NCBI RefSeq assembly: GCF_001194135.2
Contig: NC_068999.1
Coordinates: forward strand, 37,761,303 to 37,825,302
Direction of reading: 5' to 3'
DNA from: Octopus bimaculoides
Taxonomy: Eukaryota
DNA length: 64,000 nucleotides
The notes under the pieces were generated by a model. The model was not told where the DNA came from and ran no database searches. It saw nothing but the letters and a program-made list of their open reading frames with translations. A program made the position numbers and the translations under genes. Positions 53,945-64,000 of the stretch are shown here, one piece after another; position 1 is the stretch's first letter; each line of letters begins with the position of its first letter.

Positions 53945-54415
53945 TCCATAATTCGATGCAGTGGAGTAGGAGATGTTGAAGATTGGATGATGCTTATGGT
54001 GTGGTGGGAAACTAGAGTTCAGAATTTTGTAGTAAAGATTTAGGTAGGGATATTACTTCGAGGGAGAAATGGTAAAATGAACCATAGGATCTGGCGCTTC
54101 CTGCCCATGGAGCGCTTAGAGCACGTGGGCAGAGTGAGTGTGACCAGAAAGGAAGACTTCGGTTATCACAGTTTCGAGGTGATCGGGGTTGGTGGTCGGC
54201 AAGTGCGATGTGTAGGGGCGTTGGTTTTTAAGATTGAAGGGGTGTGGATGAGAGAAAGGTCTCGTGGGTTCAGAATTAGTATTAGGACAGAGAAGTGCTA
54301 TCTTAGCTTGAGGTTTAGTGTTGGGAATATAAAAAATCTTTCCGCAAAAGTATCTGATCTGGGGAGCTCGGTTATAATACGGGGTGTGATTGCTAAATCT
54401 GTCTTCGTTAGCTGA
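53945..54415 (-). mobile_element. Degenerate APE-type endonuclease fragment of a non-LTR retrotransposon (clade uncertain)
   Basis: The minus frame reads ..PYYNRAPQIRYFCGKIFYIPNTKPQAKIALLCPN..HLPTTNPDHLETVITEVFLSGHTHSAHVL*..KILNSSFPPHH... This resembles the AAIL, S.Y.P, GD.NAH..W and ILN..PT order of APE motifs; it carries stops. Confidence 0.5.
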
Positions 54416-54417
54416 TA

Positions 54418-54850
54418 AAATATATGCGGTGATATATAATTTTGGAAAATCTTGGAGGGTTTAGCTCCCAATTTTGGAATTGACAGCTATACCAATCCTC
54501 AAACTGGACAGCACTGCATCATACCAAAGATCCTGTCTCCCCATCTAAAATAAGGACACAGTACTGCAATAGTCTGGGTTTCGAGGGCTCGCAATTATTC
54601 ATCATCCTTCCAGGCAACCTTAGAGCTCTACATGGTGTTGAGGTGAAAGTTTTCAATGAACGTCTGGACAGGTTTCTATCTGAAATAACTGATGAGTCCA
54701 CATCGTGGCATGAGACGCAAAGAAGAGCAGCTCCGTCCAACTCGCTACTTCACCAAAAACAATACCAGAAACAACACCGAGTAACTACAGGTGGTGCACC
54801 AGCATGACCTCAGCCCTGGGCTGAAACCAGTAAAAGATAAAAGATAAAAG
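54418..54850 (+). mobile_element. CR1/L2-group LINE 3' end (ORF2 C-terminus, 3' stem-loop, tandem tail)
   Basis: With frameshifts: YAVIY.WKILEGLAPNFGIDSYTNPQTGQHCIIPKI / SKIRTQYCNSLGFEGSQLFIILPGNLRALHGVEVKVFNERLDRFLSEITDE..RAAPSNSL. Hairpin TCAGCC-CTG-GGCTGA, tail (TAAAAGA)n. Confidence 0.85.
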
Positions 54851-55127
54851 TTATATAAAATATAATTAAGATTCAGTTGAATTAGATACTTAAATTGAAG
54901 TACTTTGACATCTGAAGAGAGCATTTTTATTTCAAATTGATGTAATGTATGCATTGAACAATTAAATGGAGCCGCTTGAAACGGCCATAATGTATTGACA
55001 TCTGTACATCCTTCTTACTTATATATATAGGTTGAAAATAGATTAGAGTTCTATATAAATCAAATATTTATATATGAAAGATGGAGGTGGAAATAGCATA
55101 GAAGTAAATCGAAGACATTTCAATTTA

Positions 55128-55674
55128 AGAAGGAATTTAATAAAATGTTTTAAAACATTATATAAAAATAAGTATCACTGGTTTCGATGATGAATCTCAT
55201 CTTATCAAATATCAATAAAAATTTATAAAAAATTGAAGTAAAATCAGTTTGTTTTCTGTCTGGGAATCAAAACTATGTCTGGAGATTTTTTTGTTGAAGT
55301 CTTCTTTAAATATAGTTTTTATATAGAGTTCAAGGTGTTAGAGAGTAAGAGGGGGGAGTGAAGTTGTCTATTGTCTAAAAGAAATCTATGTGGGTTCCTG
55401 CCAAGGGAGTGGCTTAAAAGCTCTCTTTTAGAGAATAGACAACTACACCCCCTCTCTCACTCTCTAACAATTTGAACTCTATGCGAAAACTATATTTAAA
55501 GAATACTTCAACGAAAAATCTCCAGACATGTTTTTAACCCCAAGACAGAAGATAAACTGTTTTTACTTCAAATTTTTATAAATTTTACTGATATTTGATG
55601 AGATGAGATACATCATCGAAACCGATAATATTTGCTTTATATGATCTTTAAAGTCATTTTATTAAATTCCTTCT
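55128..55674. repeat. ~547-bp imperfect palindrome (MITE/foldback-like): arms 55128-55382 and 55424-55674, 41-bp spacer
   Basis: Arms are reverse complements throughout (e.g. AGAAGGAATTTAATAAAATG, GGTTTCGATGATG.ATCTCATCT.ATCAAATATCA, TGTCTGGAGATTTTT, TCTTTAAATATAGTTTT, TAGAGTTCAA); roughly 80-85% identical by eye. Confidence 0.92.
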
Positions 55675-55896
55675 ATGTGTGCATGTGTGTGTAAGATGTA
55701 TATATATACACACATATATATATATATATATATGTATGTATGTCTATAGCATGCCTATGTATATTTGTGCGAGTCTCATTGTCCGTATGAAGCGAAGCAT
55801 ATATTTTTATCACTAAAAATTACCAACATAAATATAGAAAAGCAAATACACATATACATATACAAACATACACATAACTATACATATATACATACT

Positions 55897-55959
<63 letters not shown>

Positions 55960-55964
55960 TACAT

Positions 55965-56015
<51 letters not shown>

Positions 56016-56422
56016 CTATGAAAGGTGCAACGTGACAATATTTTATCAATTGATATACATCAAACAGTGGATAACACGATTGACATCCCCCCTAACTTCC
56101 TCATTCCCACAATGCTTCCTGTTTTCATAACACATTTCCTCCAGCGCCATGTCCTACTAGTTTCCCTCCCTATTGTTACGGTTCAATGGTATTCTGAGAC
56201 ACCAACAACACTCAACAGACAATTACTTGCACTATTTTGTGATTTTTGTTTTTCTCTACAAAATATCTGAACATTCTATTTTCTATCACTGGCATTCTAC
56301 ACACATATACATACCGTGTCTAGCTATATACACGTATGCATACATGTACACAGATAGACACATATACACTTATTAAAGATATACAGAACGAGTGAGCGAG
56401 AGAGAGAGAGAGATATACATTG

Positions 56423-56462
<40 letters not shown>

Positions 56463-56464
56463 TA

Positions 56465-56498
<34 letters not shown>

Positions 56499-57176
56499 TT
56501 ATATATATATATATNNNNNNNNNNNNNNNNNNNNNNNNNNNNNNNNNNNNNNNNNNNNNNNNNNNNNNNNNNNNNNNNNNNNNNNNNNNNNNNNNNNNNN
56601 NNNNNNNNNNNNNNNNNNNNNNNNNNNNNNNNNNNNNNNNNNNNNNNNNNNNNNNNNNNNNNNNNNNNNNNNNNNNNNNNNNNNNNNNNNNNNNNNNNNN
56701 NNNNNNNNNNNNNNNNNNNNNNNNNNNNNNNNNNNNNNNNNNNNNNNNNNNNNNNNNNNNNNNNNNNNNNNNNNNNNNNNNNNNNNNNNNNNNNNNNNNN
56801 NNNNNNNNNNNNNNNNNNNNNNNNNNNNNNNNNNNNNNNNNNNNNNNNNNNNNNNNNNNNNNNNATATATATAGATATATATATACATATATACACACAC
56901 ATATTAGTAGAAAGAGGCACCCTAGCGATGCCGATACAAAGGCACATACTCACATACATGTATAACTCTTTCAGTTTTTAACATTAATTAGCTTTATGTA
57001 ACTTATTGCGGGGTGGGCCGCAATGCTGTATGATGTAGAAAGTCATGTCAACACAGACATATACTTACTTACATACACACACGCATACATACGTACATAC
57101 ATATAGACACATTTACCTACATATTCTGCGCGCGCGAGCTTGTGTGCCGGTGTCTGTGTATGTATGTGCGTGTGTT

Positions 57177-57236
<60 letters not shown>

Positions 57237-57842
57237 AACATACGCACTATATATATATACATAAACACACCTTTAATTTTTAGATTAAATTTCTCTTCTA
57301 GTGCCAAGTGTATTATTATTCAACCATGAATACGTAAATAAGTAAAGGTTTTTATATACATTACATGCAATATTTGTTCAGATGTATGTAAGAAGGTGAC
57401 AGGAAACAGATGAGTGTAGACGAAATATGAGAGCTAAACCCTTTTCTATTTACAAAGCCATCATAACCGAAGTCTACGCGTTTGATATTTGCTAACAAGA
57501 TTAATTGGTTTGGATATCTGTTTTGAAATTTAAATTCCTGACTATTTTCGAATGAGTTTTTGCTTTGATATTTGCTCTTTGAACGATCAAAGCTCGCTGA
57601 CAATATCTTTAACCTTATTTGCTGATGCCATTTTAAGAAATTTAGAACGTTTCTACCAACACATACAACATATGTATCTGATATACTAAAATCTATTTTT
57701 CCTATGATCTTTCGCCTTAGCAATTTTTTTCTTATATGAAAATTCCTATTTAATGATAGTAAAACTAGGTCAAAACAGAAAAAGTATATCACCGTAGTTA
57801 ATATTCTTATATTAACAAAATGGAAACGATCCCCTGAAATCA

Positions 57843-57888
57843 ATTATTATTATTATTTTCTACTCTGGGCACAAAGCCCGAAATTCAC
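57843..57888 (-). mobile_element. SINE family 1, 3' tail fragment
   Basis: Reverse complement AATTTCGGGCTTTGTGCCCAGAGTAGAAAATAATAATAAT matches 1845-1880. Confidence 0.55.
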
Positions 57889-57976
57889 GATATACATAGG
57901 AAGAATCATACACAGTTACCACCACATGCACACACGCTACCACGCCCCCACACAGACACATACACAATCAGTTACT

Positions 57977-58011
<35 letters not shown>

Positions 58012-58525
58012 NNNNNNNNNNCACACACACACACACACAAACACACACAAACACACGCACACACACACACAAAGAAAGTCGCATACATTTTGAACACATT
58101 TCATATGTAGGCCTATGGACATAATATGGATACATACTTATTACAAATAATGGTAGGTACATTATTATTCTTATCAATATCTATAAAACAGGGGATGTTT
58201 GTGTGTGTGTGTACGTGAATGTGGTTTGTGCACGTCCACAAATTAGCACGCATGTCGCTCCAATTTTAGGAGAAGATTCGGAATGACCCTATGTGCATTT
58301 TAGTGAACTTTCTCTCTCAGAGGTACCCGCGTATACTTGTAAAAATCGATAAACTTTTGCCAATTTTGAAGTTTGTTGACATGGCGAAGTCAAATCTGTG
58401 CGTACGCGCTTGAAGTAGAGAGACAGAGAGAAATTGTATGTTTGTGAGAGGGAGGGTGAAGGAGAGATACATTTTTTCTTTGCCAGCGTCTGTGTGGTAA
58501 GCAGCAATCAAACAGAAAAAAATAC

Positions 58526-58560
<35 letters not shown>

Positions 58561-58573
<13 letters not shown>

Positions 58574-58873
58574 CCTCCCTTACATACACATGCCAGTTAT
58601 CTCTCTTTCTTTCTTTCTCACACACACACACAGCAACATTACACACAAAACACATGTTGCCAAAAAGAAATAGACGCTATCTTTTTATAGTGAGTATGCC
58701 AAACAGAAAGTGTGGTGTGTATGTCAAGTTCTTTTGTTAGTGTGAGAGAGCAGCATGTGTGTGTGTGTAATGTTGCTGTGTGTGTGAGACAGGGAGAGAG
58801 AGAAAGAAAGAAAGAAAGAAAGAAAGAACGAAAGAGAGATAAATGTGTGTAAGGGAGGGAGAGAGATAGAGAG
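58561..58873. repeat. Inverted repeat with microsatellite-rich arms (58561-58660 and 58750-58873)
   Basis: The unique anchors CTCTCCCTCCCTTACA, TTATCTCTCTTTC and CACACAGCAACATTACACACA..CACATG occur in reverse complement in the right arm. Confidence 0.85.
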
Positions 58874-59430
58874 GGAGAGCGCTCTCTTTCTATCTCTGCC
58901 GAATTGATGTAAACAAACGCATGTGGTCTGATTTTTACGTTTCTAGGTGTTGTACCGTAAATTGCCATTTCCAAAATATATTTATTTCAAATCATTTATC
59001 CGTATATATATGTAAGGCAAGGTGTGTGTGTTTTGTTGATATACGGGCAACACACACACATACGAACATGTATGCGTACAAAAAATATGTATGCAATTGG
59101 TGTACATACGTGCGTGTGGGTATGTGTGTGTTGCTCATATAAATGTATTACACGTGTATAAGGGATGACTACTAGGTGGACATCCAATATGCTAGAAAGA
59201 GGTCATCAACGACCCAACCACAAAGAAAAATAATGTTCTGCGGGTTCCTAACCCATGAGCAAAGAGGGGTTAGATGATGGCGGTGGTGTTTTCAAAGGGA
59301 TGGCATGTGTAACCTGATCCCCTCTGCCGATCAAACTCTCAACCCCACTGATTCTGCCCAAATTTGACGTCATGTTACTTAGTCTGGTTTGAAATAAAGA
59401 ACTTGATTAGCTTAATAATCCCAACTTAAT

Positions 59431-59459
59431 CCCGGGCAAAGCCGGGCTATACTGCTAGT
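59431..59459 (+). mobile_element. Helitron-type 3' terminus (GC hairpin, then CTAG followed by T)
   Basis: CCCGGGCAAAGCCGGG hairpin (59431-59446), then CTATACTG, CTAG (59455-59458) and T. This is the canonical Helitron 3' architecture; the 5' end was not located. Confidence 0.6.
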
Positions 59460-59874
59460 ATTATATANNNNNNNNNNNNNNNNNNNNNNNNNNNNNNNNN
59501 NNNNNNNNNNNNNNNNNNNNNNNNNNNNNNNNNNNNNNNNNNNNNNNNNNNNNNNNNNNNNNNNNNNNNNNNNNNNNNNNNNNNNNNNNNNNNNNNNNNN
59601 NNNNNNNNNNNNNNNNNNNNNNNNNNNNNNNNNNNNNNNNNNNNNNNNNNNNNNNNNNNNNNNNNNNNNNNNNNNNNNNNTATATATATATACATATATA
59701 TATCTATAGATAGATAGATAGGTAGATAGATAGATAGATGCTTATATATGCATTATTAATATGTATATATATGCCAATACAAATACACACGTCCACACAA
59801 AACAAGGCAACAATAACAACAAACACAAACACACATATATATAAATATATACATGTACATATAAATATACCTAG

Positions 59875-59919
<45 letters not shown>

Positions 59920-60195
59920 AATACAGTGACGGTAAAATCTAATTTAAGCTATTTTAACATCCATGCACTTTTAGCTGGACGCTGTCAGAAATAAACAATG
60001 TCTTTTCATATCTCGGCTCTGAGCTTTCTTACGTCTGAAATCTTCATGCCTTCCAGTATTCATAGACCTTCGTCTAATAATTTTAACATTATCTATTCTC
60101 TCAACACAGTTATAGTTCCAATGGTCAATTTCTTACACGCATAAATAACTGTAGCTAACAATGGTAAAAGGGCCGAAATTTTGAAGTGGAGCTTT

Positions 60196-60720
60196 TGACT
60201 GGTGCTTTATTTTACCGACCTTGGAACAAACAGAAGTAAAGATGACATAGGCGGGATTTGAACACACATGTAAAACATTTCTTTTCCTGTTCTCTAACGA
60301 TGTATTCATGAATTAAGCTTTCAGATTTATACACGTGGCTAATAATGGTAGTGAGAAATATGTACTCGATTACATCAAATTCAGTACTTGACTGGTCCTT
60401 TTATTGAACCCTGATGAAAAGCAATGCTGACTTTAGCGGAACCCCAATGTAAAATCAGGAACAAAAACGTATGGCATTTTTACCGACGCTCTAACGATTC
60501 TGCAAGTCCACCCCCTTAGGATGGCCCCCCTACATTTCTGGGAATTGTTAGAATAGCTTAATACGAGCAAATCACTAAGCTGTTTCTTTATTTTATCGAG
60601 AACTGATTCAAAACCTCACCGGATTTTGAACTTAGAACAGAGAATCCAAATTCCCGTCAATTCTATACATTAAACCATTTGGTCAGATATTCTACGAAAT
60701 TCTACCGAATCCACCGCCTT
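60196..60720 (-). mobile_element. Three tandem degenerate SINE family 1 copies (about 60196-60300, 60362-60520, 60585-60720)
   Basis: Each retains parts of TTTATCGA, GGCGG..TTTGAAC and CTCTAACGATTCTGC/CCACCGCCTT. Confidence 0.5.
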
Positions 60721-61017
60721 TATATAAAAGTAAGATTAGAAACAGATACAGTTTTCATATCAAATGCGCATCTCTATACTGATAACACGAAATAAGAAAG
60801 TTCTGGAAATGATAGAAAAAAAAAAGTCACAAAACAGCAAAAATATTCAATTTATCTTTTATTTTATGCAACCTTTGATATTCTGGCGGCCATTGTGAAG
60901 ATATTCCTGCATGAAGTTTATCACTTTATTTCATCCAGTTAATATATCGCGCGAAAGAAATGAAAGAAAACCAAATATAACAGAGACGAGAAGAATAGAA
61001 AATATGACTTGGAGAGA

Positions 61018-61058
<41 letters not shown>

Positions 61059-61435
61059 NNNNNNNNNNNNNNNNNNNNNNNNNNNNNNNNNNNNNNNNNN
61101 NNNNNNNNNNNNNNNNNNNNNNNNNNNNNNNNNNNNNNNNNNNNNNNNNNNNNNNNNNNNNNNNNNNNNNNNNNNNNNNNNNNNNNNNNNNNNNNNNNNN
61201 NNNNNNNNNNNNNNNNNNNNNNNNNNNNNNNNNNNNNNNNNNNNNNNNNNNNNNNNNNNNNNNNNNNNNNNNNNNNNNNNNNNNNNNNNNNNNNNNNNNN
61301 NNNNNNNNNNNNNNNNNNNNNNNNNNNNNNNNNNNNNNNNNNNNNNNNNNNNNNNNNNNNNNNNNNNNNNNNNNNNNNNNNNNNNNNNNNNNNNNNNNNN
61401 NNNNNNNNNNNNNNNNNNNNNNNNNNNNNNNNNNN

Positions 61436-61468
<33 letters not shown>

Positions 61469-61597
61469 CCTTCTAACCAGGTGGGATATTTGTAGAAATT
61501 TCTATCGTTATCTATAACAACATCATTATCATAACAACAACACTAAAAATAACAACAACCACAGCAAGAACGACAGCAACAAGAGTAATATGAAGAG

Positions 61598-61598
61598 C

Positions 61599-61658
<60 letters not shown>

Positions 61659-61675
61659 AATACTAATAATAATGT
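61598..61675. repeat. (AAT)n microsatellite
   Basis: Read directly. Confidence 0.95.
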
Positions 61676-61815
61676 TCCAAACAAGTTAAACATCACGATA
61701 AAGCCTAACAATAACTTGGAAATAGTGATAAGGGAAAACACACAAGCGCATATATATATATATATATATANNNNNNNNNNAGAGAGAGAGAGAGAGAGAG
61801 TTATATATATATATT

Positions 61816-61851
<36 letters not shown>

Positions 61852-62399
61852 TTAGAATAACTGTTGAAGAATTTAAGAATTCAATGCAAACCTAAAGCAG
61901 AATGAAAGCATCCAGTGTTGAGAAATTCTCAAAATATTTTGGGGATAAAGTTCTTCACTTCTGGTTTTTGGAATTTATTGCTGCAGAGTTCGAAGAAATT
62001 CTCTAGAGATTAGTAACGAATACACTACTGAGGACGAATTGGTGAAACAATACTAAACCCCACCAATAATAAATTACCGAGAAATTACTGTAGCTAACCA
62101 TAGTTCAGTATTCCTGGGAATGAGCGGCAGATATGAGAAGACAGTTATTAATCGTAGAAGATCAAAGACTAGTTCTACACATGCATCCAAAAGAATATTT
62201 ATCAAATAACATATAATTGGAAACAAAGCTTAATCTCATGCGCTGGTTGTGATTCTAGAACCAAAATAATAAATTAATTAGATAACAAAATAAAACAAAT
62301 GTGAATTTCAATTCTGGTTGCCTGGTCATCGAAATGGCAATCTATGTTTATAGGCATGTCTCAGCAACTATTAATAATATATCCTGGGAATTAGGAACA

Positions 62400-62545
62400 G
62401 GCACAGTTATCTGATTCAAGTGTTCGTTTCGTAACCAAATTCTGGAGCTTTGTCCCAATGCATGGCATCTTCGGCAGTCTCTTCTACTATAGCCCGCTGT
62501 CGACCATTACATTGTGAGAGAATTTGTTCAAAAGTCCCGTCGTGC
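62400..62545 (+). mobile_element. Degenerate SINE family 2
   Basis: GTCCCAATGCATGGCATCTTCGGCAGTCTTCTACTATAGCCCG..GACC..TTGTGAGAGAATTTG..GTCCCGTCG. Confidence 0.55.
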
Positions 62546-62572
62546 ACACACACGCACACACGTATATATATT

Positions 62573-62620
<48 letters not shown>

Positions 62621-62669
62621 ATCATAGGTCTTTGTATTTGTGTCGGCGTTTGTCATCCACAGCTGCCCC

Positions 62670-62847
62670 TACAATAGGCACAAGACCGGAAATTTTGGAG
62701 TGGGGAGTGGTCGATTACACGATCCGTGCTCAACTTGTAATTTAATCGACTCTGAAAGGACGAAAAACAATGTCGACTTCTGAGGAATTTGAATTCAGAA
62801 GGTAACGCTACTCGTTTTGACAAGCGTGCTAATAGTTCTGCCAGCTC
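62670..62847 (-). mobile_element. SINE family 1, near full length, degenerate
   Basis: TAGGCACAAGACCGGAAATTTTGG..TTTAATCGACTCTGAAAGGACGAAA..GTCGACTTCTGAGGAATTTGAATTCAG..GCGTGCTAATAGTTCTGCCAGCTC. Confidence 0.7.
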
Positions 62848-63270
62848 CAGGCAGTGGCTCCCATCGCTTTTGATCTTAACTGATTGGAAGTGTTATCATG
62901 TACATTGTTTTGTCTTTGTATAAAAGATGGGCTACAGCAACTATTCTGCTCAATGCCGCAGATTTGCTTGTCAATTGTTTGACTTTAACTAGTTGAGCAT
63001 GTTCCTTAGTATCTGACAATATGTGCATCTCTGATCACGAGCAGAAGTAGTGGGGGACCGTCATAGTCATGTGTTGAGATGAATTCTTTGGGGTTTGGAT
63101 AATTCACCTCTGGAAACATGAGTGTTTCGTTCAACATTCTTAAACTACCATTATTCAGGGACCTTTTGAGCGGGATGAGCTACTCTACATGAAGAAAATT
63201 GTAACTGTCCCGATCTGCAAGGTCATATGCTTTTAATCTTGATATGGGATCACAATGTCGAGCACATGTT
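62848..63270 (+). mobile_element. Second, doubly truncated copy of the 50621-51200 element
   Basis: Collinear with about 50638-51062 (CAGGCAGTGGCTC..AACTGATTGGAAGTGTTATCATGTACA..CTTGATATG.GATCA..ATGTCG.GCACAT). Confidence 0.85.
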
Positions 63271-63424
63271 AGTATGAAAATACGAGTGATTGTACACCTA
63301 TATTGTATGTGTATATGCACGTACATATCTCAGAACATATGTAAATACATAAACATTTTTGTGTACACCTATTGAAATAAGTATATCTGTGTGAGTGAGA
63401 TGTATATATGCGTGGAAATACGCG

Positions 63425-63492
<68 letters not shown>

Positions 63493-63951
63493 AGCATTCA
63501 TAGATATATATATTGACATAATAACATGTATATATATATATTTCTCTGTACCTATATCTCTGTATGTTCACACCAAAATATCTTTGTTATTTCTGTGCAA
63601 TATTATATTTCATCATTGTCATAACATTGATATAATATCGCAGTTATGTCTCTTTGTAGTCCCTTTGATGCCAAAAAACCCCAGCTAAAACAAACAAAAA
63701 AACATTAATGAGCAGAATAAAAATATTAATAATAAGAAATATAATTGTGTTTGGTGTGCTAGATGTCGTTGTTGTTATTATTTTGTTGTTCGGTTTTGAA
63801 GCTCTTATCGTTTTCGTTAGTTCTACAATTATTATTATGCTTTTTGTTTATAAATTATTTCACTTACTCAAAGATATATTGTTCGATATATATTTTTATA
63901 TCATGGAACGTATGTATATATGTAGATAATTGATATACATTAATACACGTA

Positions 63952-64000
<49 letters not shown>

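Noticed and set aside
54690-54725. CTGATGAGTCC..GACGCAAA hammerhead-like motif
   Set aside because: Lies within the LINE ORF2 coding remnant (TDES, corresponding to the PDEP motif); the GAAA core is not intact.

Overview
This is AT-rich eukaryotic non-coding DNA, either a large intron or intergenic sequence. It is packed with di-, tri- and tetranucleotide microsatellites, and most N gaps sit inside those repeats. The repeat content (tRNA-derived SINEs, R4/Dong, CR1-type and maT-type remnants, very high microsatellite density) resembles an octopus genome; that is inferred from remembered families, not from a search. I found no intact host protein-coding gene, rRNA, tRNA gene or CRISPR array, and almost all listed ORFs are microsatellite or N-gap artefacts. 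Recognisable elements are: three different 3' remnants of R4/Dong-type REL retrotransposons next to (AAT)n tracts, one of them with permuted domain order; a ~560-bp non-coding element flanked by (AAT)n, with a second truncated copy; about 20 SINE fragments from about four families; a CR1-type LINE 3' end whose tail is shared with a SINE in the window; an APE endonuclease remnant; an internally deleted maT/mariner transposon; and a Helitron-type 3' terminus. Structures not explained by these elements are: a local inverted duplication with ~350-bp arms (36.4-37.7 kb), a ~547-bp near-palindrome (55.1-55.7 kb), a microsatellite-built inverted repeat (58.4-58.9 kb), a SINE fold-back hairpin (25.1-25.3 kb), a ~300-bp direct duplication with a 117-bp near-identical core (51.6 and 53.0 kb), and a 14-bp minisatellite carrying ETS-like cores.
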